Part shown: in pieces, positions 13,074 through 29,566 of the stretch
Layout of the letters: every line of letters starts with the position of its first letter
How positions within the stretch are numbered: the first letter of the stretch is position 1
NCBI RefSeq assembly: GCF_009914755.1
Contig: NC_060938.1
Reading direction: 5' to 3' (one strand)
From: the human T2T-CHM13v2.0 reference genome, Homo sapiens
DNA length: 64,000 nt
Notes under the pieces: model-generated
Databases searched by the model: none
What the model saw: the letters and a program-made list of their open reading frames with translations, nothing else
What the model was told of the DNA's origin: nothing
Program-made: the position numbers and the translations under genes

Positions 13074-15436
13074 AATAGTTCTCTCCATTACTATTTATTC
13101 TCTCAAGGGAAGCTTAAAGAATAAAGAAGAAGAAAAAACAACACATTGGTCTAGCCACCTCATCAATCCAACAAGCATTGTTGTGGCATTTTAGTGGAGA
13201 AGGAAACTTGGGGGAAAAGTAACCCATCAAGGCTATAAGAACGGCTCCCAATTTAACCATCCCTGTCCCTATTTATCCACCTTTATTCACCACCCAAGAC
13301 CATCCATTATTCTGGAGCACTCACCTATAAAAGTGGTCAAAGCATCAGAAGCAGGCAAGGAGTGAGAACGAAAAGGCATCAAGAAACCGATTTGCTTGAG
13401 AAAAGCAGAGATTCTTCCTTTCACAGTTCTCCATGGCTGAGAGGGAAAATGACCAAGAGATCATCTATGTGACTTAGAGACTCCTTCTGGGGAGGTTAAG
13501 AGTAGCATGAAGAATTTAAGATGACGACAAGAGTCTAAATTTTTAAAGTTTCAAGTCTAAATTTTTAAAGTTTCAAGGTTTCAACAGAATGTGGATATAT
13601 TTGAACCTTCAAAAAGGACAATGTTTAGAAAGGGTAAAACCAGGACACACAAAACATTGGGAATTACCATGACCCCCAAGTGCTTCTGGCTCCAGGTAAT
13701 AACCATTCATGTGTTTGCTGGATGTTACACAATTTTCCCCTATTACCTGGTACAAAATGACTCATCACCATCACCTCCCAAAAGCTTATTTTCAAACCAC
13801 GATTTTCCCATTTATTTTGGTCCAATGTAGTCCTATTCTTTATGTCCTACAGACTCACTCCCAACTACCCCTCCGGGTGTTAAAAAAAATGAAGGAATTC
13901 CCCTTAGCCTGGACCCCAAAACTCAGAATTAAATAAGAGGAGGGGCTGGAAGCCTCCTGGAGACTAAAACGACTTGAGGCTAAATCTATCTTTCCAGGAG
14001 TGGAAAATTTATTCAGATAATGTTTGAGAATTCATATATGCCACAATAGGATAAAAACTGAAAGGTAGAAATCTCACACTTTTCCTTGTACCTCCCTCCC
14101 CTACTGCCCAACCAGATTCCAGACTTTATATCAATGTCATTACCATTTCTGTTAAATGGAGGCCTCTTAGGCACTAACCACACTGGCAACTTCATGGTGA
14201 CATAAGGCACCACAACTTTTCCACTAAAAAGCTGTAGCCTCTTTCTCTCTGGCTGTATTGGCGATCTCCAGTTACTTCAATACTGTAAAGCCTGTGGAAG
14301 CATACAAAATAATTTCTTTTTTTTTTTTAAAGAAGGGGTAAGAAAGGTCTCCAGGAGATGGTGAGTTTTATTTTGTCTTGTCTGGATAGAGATTTGATTT
14401 GCTCTTAAATGTTCCAGGATGAAGAGAAACTAGGAGAAAGCACAGGATGTAGAGGTCTATTCAACGTAATCTTCTCCCTCGTTTTTATCTTCACCATCAA
14501 TGGAGAGAGCAGCATACTTGCTTGCAGAACTGAACTTGGAAGCTGCATTTTCCTCAGGTTTCTTTGGCTTAGGTGCAGATCTGGAGTCTTGATCCTTTTT
14601 GCCATTTTCCTATCTGACTCCTTCCAGTGGTCTTTATTCCCTCCGTCTCCTGGACCACAGCTAGAGTTCCCAGTTTGGTCTTTTGGGACCTTGATCCCAT
14701 CTGCTTTATTTTCATCTTTCCTTGCTGGTCCTTCCTCAGATGGTTGACCTGGAGCTACTTTTCCCCCACCACTTGTCAGAGATTGCTGCTCTGTGTCTTA
14801 GCTCTTGCAACACAGTAACTAAACTTTCCTGCTTTTATGTGCATTGTTGTAGGGATCAGCTTGGTAGACAGTATTAGCAAAGAAATGACCCCGTGAGCTT
14901 GGTTTGCAAGCCCTTCTCCCATCAGTCCTAGATTAGGCCCTGGTCAGCTATGCAGGGGTTTTGGTTTATGCATGCTGCAGCAGTGAGCATAATGAATATA
15001 ATTTACTGAGTGGACAAAGGTGTGTACCAAGTGAATTTAAATAATTGGTGTGGATTGGCTAGTAGCTAAGAAGTGGGCTTTTAAAGAGATACTGCAGATT
15101 AAAAGGTTTATTTTAAAGAAAAACAAAACCATTGATTGTAGATAATGAAAAGCTAGGGTTTGCCCTCTTCGTGTCTACTTTCCTTCCAAATAGTTGTATC
15201 CAAAACTGTTTTTCCCTGTCCCCTAACTTGCCCCCTGTTAAAGCAGAAATGGGGATTGATTAATGTCCCGTTCCTGAATACATGTAAAATTTGTACAAAA
15301 ATATCTTCTATGAAAATGATTTGTCATCTGTAGACTTATTACCTGGGAGATGTCTTGAGATGTAAAAGCTCATCCTTTGGGTTGTGTGTTTTTTGTTTTC
15401 TCCAAATAAATCTGATCTTTAAAGTTCAAAAAAAAA
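13074..15436. pseudogene. EIF4B: EIF4B processed pseudogene, 5'-truncated with 5' inversion (13074-14776 minus; 14777-15436 plus with poly(A))
   Basis: Minus-strand 14776-14457 reads TSGGGKVAPGQPSEEGPARKDENKADG...GPGDGGNKDHWKESDRK/fs/GKKDQDSRSAPKPKKPEENAASKFSSASKYAALSIDGEDKNEGEDYVE*, which matches the eIF4B C-terminus as I recall it. AATAAA at 15405-15410 and A-tail from 15428 lie on the plus strand. TSD aaaaatgactaYgta at 13059-13073 and 15432-15446. Confidence 0.92.
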
Positions 15437-16330
15437 TGACTATGTATATAAAACTTTAAATTTTAAAAGCCCCAAAATATTTGCAAATCTGCTAGCCCCT
15501 TAGTGGTTTCGGTACTTGAATTTCACGTTCTTTCTATAGTAGCCTATAACCCAACATGAATAGAAAAGTTGACTACACATGTTCTCTATCGCTAACAAAT
15601 GGAAGTTGATTTGCATTTTACTAAAGTAATCCATATAAGTGAGGGGTTTTGTTTTCATTTTAAAATGTCAGACTATGTATTACTTAATGCTTTTCAAAAC
15701 AAGCATATTATGTTTATCATCTTAAGATATTTAAGAGCTGCAGCCCTGTATTTTATATGATAAAGCCCCTACATAAAAGATAATACTAGACACATTAAAA
15801 ATATTCATTTTTAGGGATATGTTAATTCAATTGTTGACATTAGACTGATAAAATGAGGTGATGCTGCAAAATTACTTAAAATTCTAACAGGAAAAAATGT
15901 TCTCACATAGGCATGCCTAGATATAAAAAAAATTAAGATCAATGAAAATTTCTGCTTGATTTTATATGACATGATAATATTAATAGCTCACATTTAATAA
16001 GCACTAACTAATTTCATCACTAAGTTCTTTAAGGTTTATTTAACCCTGGCCTTAACACTTTTAAAAATTGTGATGGTATTTTGATGCTGTTATTTCAAAA
16101 TAATGTTTATTTGCTCTTTTTTGGCAATGAGCTTTTCCTTTGTCTCTTTCTAGTTTCACTATGATATACCTCCATTTACTGCTTAATACTGTTTCTTTCG
16201 CCAGTTCATACTATTCTGTGGGATAACATATTTTCATGGTGTCAAAGTATAAATTTGCATTTTCTTCAACACCGTTGTTTGTTCATCTCCACTTCTTATA
16301 TGTATCTCAGATGAGCAGTGCTTAGCAGAG

Positions 16331-16386
16331 ATACATATACTTAAGTATATGTAGTATGTATACATATACTTAAGTATATGTAGTAA
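16331..16386. repeat. Tandem 29-bp duplication, each copy with a perfect 22-bp palindrome
   Basis: tacatatacttaagtatatgta at 16332-16353 and 16361-16382. Confidence 0.9.
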
Positions 16387-18677
16387 GTATATCTACATAT
16401 ATTTAGTAGAGATACATAGAGAGTGTAGGAGAGAGGGAAAAAAGGGAGAGAAAACAACTAAATTGAACTTGAATCAAAAGAGCCGCCAAACTGACAGCTC
16501 CATTACTGTACAAATTGCACAGATTAATCTTATGGTTAGATTTAAGTTATTCATACTGGAGCAAGATTTCCAGTCAAAGCACTCACAGTTCTGTGAAGCC
16601 AGTGTGGCAAAAGTGGCCAAAATGATTAGTGACTTTGTTGTTGATATATTCTCATCCATCTATAAAACAAATATTAAACTTCTTAATTTTTTCATCTATT
16701 TTTCTCTGCCACTTTCTTGAATAATGACTAGTAATACCACCACCACATCCTAACACAGACCTTCCACCTACCTGGTATGAGCCCAGCAGACCAATCTATC
16801 AAGATGCCTTGTGTATATAAAAGCACAATCAAAAAACATATGCTCAAGGCTGTTGAAATGCTACCATGCACACCTCTCAAGATAATTACAGACATCAGAT
16901 ATTGTTCTACAGTAGTAACTTTCACAATTTATTGCCTTTGAGATTGAATTGTTCATGTTAAAACTCTAACTAATATTTAACTTTGTATACAAAGGACAAT
17001 AACAACATCCTTTCTTCAAAGTCTCTCAATGACATGACACATTTACATTTAGAATAATATGCAAGCTATTTTGCACAACACTAGAAATACTACTGGTGTT
17101 CAAGAGAAATCTAGTAATTTTTTAATATATGGATTTTTGTGAAATTATGAGGATTTAAGATTTTAAGGTTAGATTAACTTTTTTCTTGTGAGTCTCTTTC
17201 CCTACTTTTTTTTAAGTATACAATGGATAAATTCCATTTATCCTTCTTATTACAGAGAAACTTGTTGCCTGTGTTACCTAGTTGTGATGGTAAAAATAAT
17301 AAATACTATATAGCAGTAGATACTGTTTAGTCATATTAAATCATTTAATGAAATATGGCATTAACTTCATGATTGTGGCAGATAAATAACTTATAAGGAA
17401 ATGCTTAAAGTAGGTAACAGACACTGGTGTGCTTTCAGAAATACTGAACAAGTTAGGACTGATAAACATATCAACATTTGCACAATTATAGAACAGTTAC
17501 AGAACGAACTTTTTCATATACACACATCTACCTACCACTATATTGGACTGCAGACTACAGAACTTACCACACAACAATGCAGCTAATGCAAAATACAATT
17601 TTTAGATATCAGATATCTGAACCAGATGGTTCACCATATTAAGACATAGGTTTAGAGCACAGATGTCCTTGTGCTAGAATCAAAACAGCACAGCTCTCCT
17701 CTATGCCTCTAGAAAATGGTGTTAGCCTTCCAGTCAGACAAGATGCTGTGACAAGAGGCTATTTCTGTTGCTAATGGAATGAGGACAGAAGTACTAACTG
17801 GAAATCATGTTTCTATTTTTCCTCACCATTCTATTTTGCTTCTCTCTCTTCATCTCCTTCCACTTATACTCTCTTCTTTTTCTCTCCTCCCCAGTACTGT
17901 TCATCTAAAAATAATTCTCATATCCCAGAGTTTTATAAGTCTCCGTTTTTTAAAGAAATGTTCTACAGTTTACTGTACTTGGGCAAGAAAAACCTCAAGA
18001 GTAGGATTTGAGTAGATTCTTATATAATATTATGATTATCTGATTATATTGATACATGAGGTTAAAAAGCAAAATAACAAAACCACTCAAAGATATCTGG
18101 ATAAATTCCTCAAAAATGCAGTGAAACATTTGGACAGTCGAAAAATAGCTGCTATCAACAAAAGTCATCCATATACCAGTATAATCCTGTTCAGGACAGT
18201 GTAGTCTTGATTCAGCAGAAATAGTATGCAACCTGTGGGTCAAAACAGTCATGCTAAAAATAACAACAGAATGCCCAGGGACAATATAAACCAATGCCAA
18301 GAAATACAAGGCTTGCAAAATCATCCAGAAGAGTCTAAAACATGACTATCCTTAACTGCACTGAAGTCCAACATCGAATAATGTCATGATTCCTACATTT
18401 GTCTGTTGAGCTTTCCCCAAAGTCATTATTGATCAATTTTAAAAGTTGCCTGTTTATCAAAATAATACCTGCTCATTGTATTTTATGAGCAAAATAATAC
18501 ATGCACATAAAAAAATTGAAATATACAGAGTGTAAAAATCCTTCACTCAGTTTGAATCCAAATCACAGAACCAAAAAGATTTTTAAGAAAAGCCTTCATT
18601 AAAAAAAGAAAAAAACTAAAATCAAAAAATTATTATTGTTAACACTTTGACATGTCTTACATATGTACTTAGTTATT

Positions 18678-18822
18678 TGATACGGGTCTTACTCTGTTGC
18701 CGGGACTGGAGTGCAGTAGAGCGATGTCAGCTTACTGCAACTTTGACAACCTGGTCTAAACGATCCTCCCACCTCAGCATCCAGAGTAGCTGGGACCACA
18801 GGCATGCCCCACCACACCCAAC
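18678..18822 (-). mobile_element. Alu monomer (FLAM or AluJ arm)
   Basis: 'gggtcttactctgttgcc...ctggagtgcagt...gatcctcccacctcagc...gtagctgggaccacaggcatg'. Confidence 0.85.
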
Positions 18823-19183
18823 AAGTTTTACATGTTTTTAAAAATTGTATTAGTTTTTGAAAAAGTGATATTCCTATTGTATTTAACATATGAATCTTGC
18901 CTTATATTTGATTGATGGAGTAATTTACTTTTATATTCACCTGTTTGGGGAAATTTAAATGGTTTCTTCTATTTTACCAAAATATTGTTCAAAACATTAA
19001 ATGGGCATCACTTTTAAATACTGGTTAGTTGATAAATGCTCGTTAGATTTTTATAATTATTACAAAAGTATAGTAAAGGCCTGAACATCACCAAAATATA
19101 TTGGGTTATCATCCATTAGTAGTAAATGCTAGAGTGTGCTTCCTATATTCCTCACCCCGTTAGATAAGGCACTTATTCCCTGA

Positions 19184-19558
<375 letters not shown>

Positions 19559-19847
19559 TAATTTAATTTACAACTCTGAGGGACATTCTAGCTGTAGAAC
19601 TTCACATGGAATTGCAGTACAACCTCTGCTGTGCCTGTTCTTTCTTCCTTCCTTCATTCCCTCCATCACAGGTCTTGGTACTGAGAGTACCATCCAATAA
19701 ATTTCGGGCAAGTCAACCTTATTTCAGAGACAATTTATTGCAATTTTTGCAAAACCCCAAAAACTGCAGGAAATAGTGTCTGTATTATTATTTAGTTGGA
19801 ATTTGTAAGTTGTTTTGATTTTTTTCTGTTTCAGATTCTTTCTAATT

Positions 19848-21560
<1,713 letters not shown>

Positions 21561-22319
21561 ATATAAAATAAATAATTTATTAATTTATGACCTGTGATTC
21601 AACTAGTGATTGTCTATTGCATATCCAAAATTCATTGGAAAAACTATGAATTTCTTAGTTTGTGACATTGTAAATAAAGAAAATATACAGTCTATTCATG
21701 ACTTTGCATCATATGAATTTTTGTGTTTACCTATTTAATATTCTTTGCCTTTTGACAATAATACAATCATTAGTGTTTCCTGTACATGTTATACAGCTGA
21801 TTCATAATCACGGTAAAAAGCATCATACATTTCAGTTTTTTATAGCTGTATGTTCAATTATGTTTAAAGTATTTAAAAGTGGAAAAAGACAAATCCTACT
21901 TTTAAAAAATGTTAAGAAAAAAATGTTGAATTCTTTGAAGACGCTGAGATGCAGATCTATTTTTCTGTATGAAGGAGTGTGTCTAAAGAAATTAGCAGAA
22001 TAAGCAGGATGCATATAGCAATTTCATTAACCTAATCACACAATAATCAAAACCTGATATGAGTCAAGGATGACAATGCAAATAAAGTATCACGTATCTT
22101 CTTAATAATTTTGACATGAGATGGAATGAAAGGATGAATTAAAAGAAACCCAGTTATCTAAGAAATGTCATTTTTGTTCTAAATGTGAAAGAAATATAAT
22201 CCACTCAGGAAATTTGTTTTGAATTAACATAATTACTAAGTGAAATCTGATGCATTATCGCACTAGAACAAAAGTTTGGAAAATGTTCACTAGAAAAGCT
22301 TTTATTTTATTTATTTTTG

Positions 22320-22472
22320 TTTAAACAATAGAAATGTATTTTCTCGCCACTCAGGATGCTAGAAAATCCAGATCAAGGTCTTGCAGGATCAGGTTCTGAA
22401 GAAGGCTCTCTTCCTGGCTTCATACAGCCACCTTCTCACTGTGTCCTCACATGCCAGAAATCTCTATCTCTC
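22320..22472 (-). mobile_element. MLT1 (MaLR) LTR fragment
   Basis: 'ttaaacaatagaaatgtatt...ccagatcaagg...ggctctcttcctggctt...gtcctcacatg'. Confidence 0.7.
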
Positions 22473-22481
22473 CCTTTCCCC

Positions 22482-23808
22482 TTTTTTGCTTTTATAATTT
22501 CAACTTTTATTTTAGATTCAGGGGGTGCATGTACAGATTTGCTACATGGCAATACTGAGTGATGCTGAGGTTGAGGATATGAAGGATCCCATCACCCAAT
22601 TAGTAAGCATAGTACCCAACAGTTAGTTTTTCAACCCTTCCTCCCTCTCATCCCTCCCCCTCTAGCAGCCCACTCTTAGAACTGCTATTTAAGACAGTAC
22701 TGGCAGTCCTAGCCAGAACATTTAGTCAAGATAAAGCAATAAAAGGTGTCCAAATAGGAAAAAAAGAAGTCAAACTATTTCTCTTCACTGATGACATGAT
22801 TCTACACCTAGAAAGCCCCAAAGACTCTGTCAAAAGCTCCTGGAACTGATAAGCAACTTCAGTAATACCAAAGTCAGTGTACAAAATTCAGTAGCATTTC
22901 TATTTACCAATAATGTTCAAGCTGAGACCCAAATCAATAATGCAATCTCCATTAAAATAGCCACAAAAAATAAAATTCCTAGAAATACACCAATCCAAGG
23001 AGGTAAAAGATCTTCATAAGAAGAACTACAAAATACTGCTGAAAGAAATCAAAGATGACATAAGCAAATGGAAAAGCATTCTGTGCTCATGGATTGGAAG
23101 AATATATGTTGTTAAAATGACCATACTGCCCAAAGTTATCTACAGATTCGATTCTTATTAAACTACCAATTGCATTTTTCGCAGAATTAGAAAGAAAATT
23201 ATAAAAATCATATGGAACCAAAAAAGAGTCCGAATAACCAAGGCAATCCTAAGCAAAAAGAACAAAGCCAGAGGCATCACATTACCTGACTTCACACTAC
23301 ACTATAAGGCTACAGAACCAAAACCGCATGGTATTGGCACAAAAAGAGAAACATAGACCAGTGGAACAGAATAAAGAACCCAGAAATAAAGCCACACACA
23401 AAGCCATCCGATCTATGACAAACTCAATACAAAGAAGAAGTGGCAAAAGTACTCCCTGTTAAATTGATTGTGCTAGTACAGCTGACTAGCCATATGTAGA
23501 AGAATGAAACTAGACTCCTACCTTTCACCATAAACAAAAATTAACTCAAGATGGATTAAAGATTTAAATGTATGACCTCAAACTATGAAAATCCTAGAAG
23601 AACACCTAGGAAACACCATTCTGGACACTGACCTTGGAAAAGAATTTATGCCTAAGTCCTCAAAAGGAATTGCAACAAAAACAAAAATTGATAAGTGGGA
23701 CCTAATAAAACTGAAGAATTTCTTCACAGCAAAAGAAACTATCAATAGAGCAAACAGACAACCTACAGAATGGGAGAAAATATTCACAAACTATGCATCC
23801 AACAAACT
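22482..23808. mobile_element. L1 (L1PB/old L1PA) with inversion: 3' UTR on minus (22482-22670) joined to ORF2 on plus (22670-23808)
   Basis: Orientation switches at 'gcagcccactc'; ORF 23585 '[14 protein letters not shown]...[10 protein letters not shown]' is ORF2. Confidence 0.8.
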
Positions 23809-24056
23809 AATTTTATTTTGTTTGGGTATTTACCTAGTAGTGGGATTCCTGGATCATATGATAGTTCTATTTTTAAATTCTTGAGGAACTTTCAAACTGT
23901 TTACCATTATGACTGTACTAATTTACATTAACAGTAACAGTGCACAAGAATTCCCTTTCCTCCTTATTCTCACCAACACCTGTTATCTATTTAATAATAC
24001 TCTAATAGGTGTGAGGTGATATCTCACTGTGATTTTAATTCCCATTATCTTGATGA

Positions 24057-25466
<1,410 letters not shown>

Positions 25467-27649
25467 TTTTTGTGATGTTTCTCAGATGGATAGTTTGAAA
25501 ATATTGTCTCCCATTTTGTAGGTTTTCTCGTCACTTTGTTGTTTTCTTTGCTGTGAAGAAGATTTTTAATTTCTCTTAATCCCATTTGTCTAATTTTGCT
25601 CCTGTTGCGTGTGCTTTTGGGTTCATATTCAAGAAAATCATTGCCCAGATAAATATCATGGAGGTTTTTTCCTATGTTTTCTAGTAAGTTTCACTGTTAT
25701 GGGTCTTACATTTAAGACATTAAGCCATTTTGAATTTTTTTGTAGATTATGTAAGCGATGCGTATCATTTCATTATTTTACATGTGAATAACTAGTTTTC
25801 ACAGCATCTTTTATTGAAGAAAATGTCATTTCCCTGTTGCATGTTATTGGCACCTTTGTCAAAAAAAAAATCAGTTGGCTGTATTTATTTTTGAGGTCTC
25901 TACTCTGTACCATTGGTCTATGTTCTGTTTTTATACCAGTAACATGCTGTTTTGAGTACTGTAGTTTTGTAATATGTTTTGAAGTCAGGTAATGATGTTT
26001 TAGTTTTTTGCTCAATATTACTTTGACTATTCAGGGTATTTTATGGTTCTATACAAATTATAGGACTTTTTATTTCTGTGAAAAAATCAATGGAATTTTG
26101 ATAGGGATTGCATTGACTCTGTGTATCACTTTGGTTAGCATACACGTTTTAACAATATTAATCCTTCAAATCCATGGATGTACAATTTCTCAATTTTTGT
26201 GTGTTTCTTCTTTGATTTTTCATCATTTCAGTGTACAGATCCTTTACCTCTTGGTTTAATTTATTTCCAAGTATTTTATTCTTTCTGGTGCTATTGGAAA
26301 TGAGGTTATCTTTATTTCTTTATTCTTTTTCAGATAGTTCATTGTTAGTGTATAAAAATGCTACAAATTTCATACGTTGATTTTGTATCCTATAACTTCA
26401 CTGACCGTTTATTAATTGTAATAGGTTTTGGTGGAGTCTTTAGACTTTCCCACATATAAGACCATGTCTGGTAACGGAGACAATTTAATTTCTTTCTTAT
26501 CAATTTGAATGCTTTTTATTTATTTCCTTTCTGGCCAAGACTTCCAGTGCTATGTTTAATAAAACTGGTGAGAGTGGACCTCTTTGTCTTGTGCTTGCTT
26601 TCAGAGGAGAAGCTTTGAGTATAATGTTACCTTTGTAACAGGTATAATGTGACCTTTATTGTGTTGGGGTATATTCTTTCTATACTTACATTGTTGCAAG
26701 TTTTTATCATTAAAGGATGTTGAATTTTGTCAAGTGATTTTTCTGCAACTATTGAGATGATCATACAGTTTTTGTCTTTCATTCTGTTCAGTGGTATACC
26801 ACATTTATTGATTTACATATGTTGAACCATCCTTGGATGCCAGGGATAAATCTTTCTTTATCATGGTGAATGATTCTCTTAATATGCTATTAAATTCAGT
26901 TTGCTAGTCTTTTGATTGAGAATTTCTATAGCTATATTCATAAGGATATTGCCCCTAAATTTTCTTTTCTTTGAGGTTCCTTGTCTGGCTTTGGTATCAG
27001 GATAATGCTGGCCTCATAAGATGAGTTTGGAATTATTGCCTCTTTTTTAACTTTTTAAGAGAGTTTGAGAAAGACTGATATGAATTATTTAAATGTTTGA
27101 TAGAATTCAGCAGTGAAGCCACCAGGTCTTGGGCTTTTCATTGAAGGAAGACATTTTCTTATTCTGATAATTTCATAGATTATGCAAATTGCTTTTCTAT
27201 CAGATAAGACAACAAAAAATGGTTTGCTTAATTGTTTTGTTTTTGGTTTGTTTGGTTTATATATTTAATATATTACATTATATCATTTAGGAAAACACTT
27301 CTTGCTTATTGAAAAACAGGATAGCTTTAGAGATATGGATGTAAGATAGTCCTGCTTTCAATCTTATTTTGACCTATTGCTGACATTGAAAAACTGGAAA
27401 AGCATTTACTCCTTACTGAGTAACTGTAAAATATTTTGAGTTTCACTAGAAATAATAATGGGAAATAAATACAGGAACATATGCAAAGTAATGAAATATG
27501 TTTTCGTTTTTCAGGGAAAATAGTAGTTTTGTTCTAAGGAAAAAGTATCAGGTTGCTTAAGAATATAAAAGATCACTATGAAAATGAAACTTGAGTTCAT
27601 ATAGGTAGTTGTAGAATGTTTGAGGAAAGAGAATTTTATATGCCTTGGT

Positions 27650-27870
27650 TTCTTAGTCAGTTTTAGCTGCTGTAACAGAATACCATAGGCTAGGGTGGGG
27701 GCTTAAGCAACAAACATTTATTTTCATAGTCTGGAGCCTGGTAAGTCCAAGATCAAGGTGCCTGCAGATTTGTTGTCTGGTGGGGACACTCTTACTGCCT
27801 TCTTGCTACATCCTCACATACAGAAGAAAGAGATCGTCTTCCTTTTGTTGCTTCTTGTAAGCATTCAACC
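27650..27870 (-). mobile_element. MLT1 LTR fragment
   Basis: 'tcttagtcag...gctgtaacagaataccataggct...aagtccaagatcaaggtgcc'. Confidence 0.75.
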
Positions 27871-28149
27871 CACCATTTCCTCTGGTATTTGTCTGAAGGT
27901 GCTGTTCTAAACTTGAGACCAGAAACTGAATTTTCAATTAAGGATATTCTCAGAGCCATGTATAAAGGATACAACAACAGAGCGTTGACATTTTAAGTAA
28001 CAGACTCATGAGTACAAGTTTCAGAGCTTAAACCTATAATTGCTTAGACAACTGTCAGGCAATATCACAGGATTCTGAAATTAAACTATCACAAGATCTA
28101 GAAGATGAATAATTTCCTCAAGTTCTAATTAATTATAAAAGACTGACTA

Positions 28150-28467
28150 GGTGGACCAGGTGCTGCGGCTCCCAGCACTTTGGGAGGCCAAGACAAGCAT
28201 ATCACTTGAGGCCAGGACTTCGAGACCAACCTGGCTAACATGGCAAAACCCTGTCTCTATTGAAAATACAAAAATTAGCCAGACATGTTGCTACGCACCT
28301 ATAACCTCAGCTACTTGTGGGGGTGGGAGGACAGTGGGGACTGAGGCATGAAAATTGCTTGAACCCAGGAGGCGGAGGTTGCAGTGAGCCAAGATTGTGC
28401 CACTGCACTCCAGCCTAGGCAACAGAATGAGACTCTGTTTCAAATAAAATAAAAAAGAAATAAATAA
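28150..28467 (+). mobile_element. Alu (J or old S) with a short G-rich insertion in the right arm
   Basis: Dimeric Alu, A-tail, TSD aaagaYtgacta on both flanks. Confidence 0.93.
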
Positions 28468-29360
28468 AGATTGACTATGTGGATGAAGGAAATTATTTGT
28501 AGTTATTTGTTTGTGATAGTGTTGAGGTTGTCCTAATATTCTATTTTTTATTAACATATGTGGAATCATTTTTAATCTGACTCTAATACTCAAGTTGGTA
28601 GAATACATTTTCATGAATTAAATGGATCATTTTTAAAATTAGTGTAACTTTCACTGACTCCATTAAACTTGGTAACAATTACTTTATTAATTCTCCTTAT
28701 TTTTCATGATAATATTATTATTCACATAAGTACAATAAAGATTAATCCTCCTCTGTAGTATGATATAATTTTAAAAAGTGATTATGCAATAATCAAGGCC
28801 AACCCTGGAGTGTCATATTTGGTAATACATTAATCTAATAATAATAAGCTCATCATCAATGAAAAAGAATTGCACTTTATACTTGGAGTCAATGCCCATA
28901 AATATTTTCAAGACAGTGTGGAACAAAGTTTACAGGTTTCAGTCTCTCAGGTGGTGAGGAAGGTGACTTCCTGACAGGCCAGGAACTTTAGAAAATCTAG
29001 TGTAACCTGAGGAGAGAGAAAGCAGCTCAGATCTGGAAAGTGTGGTGGAGAGAATTTCTTTCACTTGACTTTCCAGTCTTGGGGCAGAAAAATATACTGT
29101 AGAACTTTTTAAAGTTCATAGTGTGATTTTTAAATGAAATGTCTTGAAATAAGTTAATTATTCTAGCCTCAAAGCTGCTTGACACTTTGTGCTGAAGGAA
29201 ACATATATAGTCAATTTACACCTCTTGCTATATCTACGTTAATAAACAGACCTAGGCATGAAAAGAATGGCCTTTTTGGCCTCAAGAGTACTCCTTAGAA
29301 ATTATATATTATCAAAATGAATGTACTGTATAAAAAGTTATTTTAATATGATTTAATTAT

Positions 29361-29566
29361 CAGGGAGATACGAACCTTTTTTTTTAACGATATAAATTAG
29401 GCTTTGCAAGCCATACAATCTCACAACTACTCAGTTCTGCTATTGCGACTCTAGATCCACCATCAACAATGTTTAAACTAATGGGTATGGCTGTGTTTAA
29501 AAAAAAAAACAAACTTTATTTATGAAAGTAGGCAATTGGCCAGCAGGCATAGTTTGTTGCCCTCTG
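29361..29566 (-). mobile_element. MER58A-like hAT-Charlie MITE
   Basis: 'ttaggctttgcaagccatac...caactactcagttctgct...atggctgtgtt...aaactttattta...catagtttgttgccctctg'. Confidence 0.8.

Noticed and set aside
14405-14818. Three short ORFs in the track
   Set aside because: Off-frame or antisense readings of the frameshifted EIF4B pseudogene.
17995-18324. 109-aa minus-strand ORF with a hydrophobic N-terminus
   Set aside because: No recognisable family, splice or promoter context; this length is expected by chance in 64 kb.
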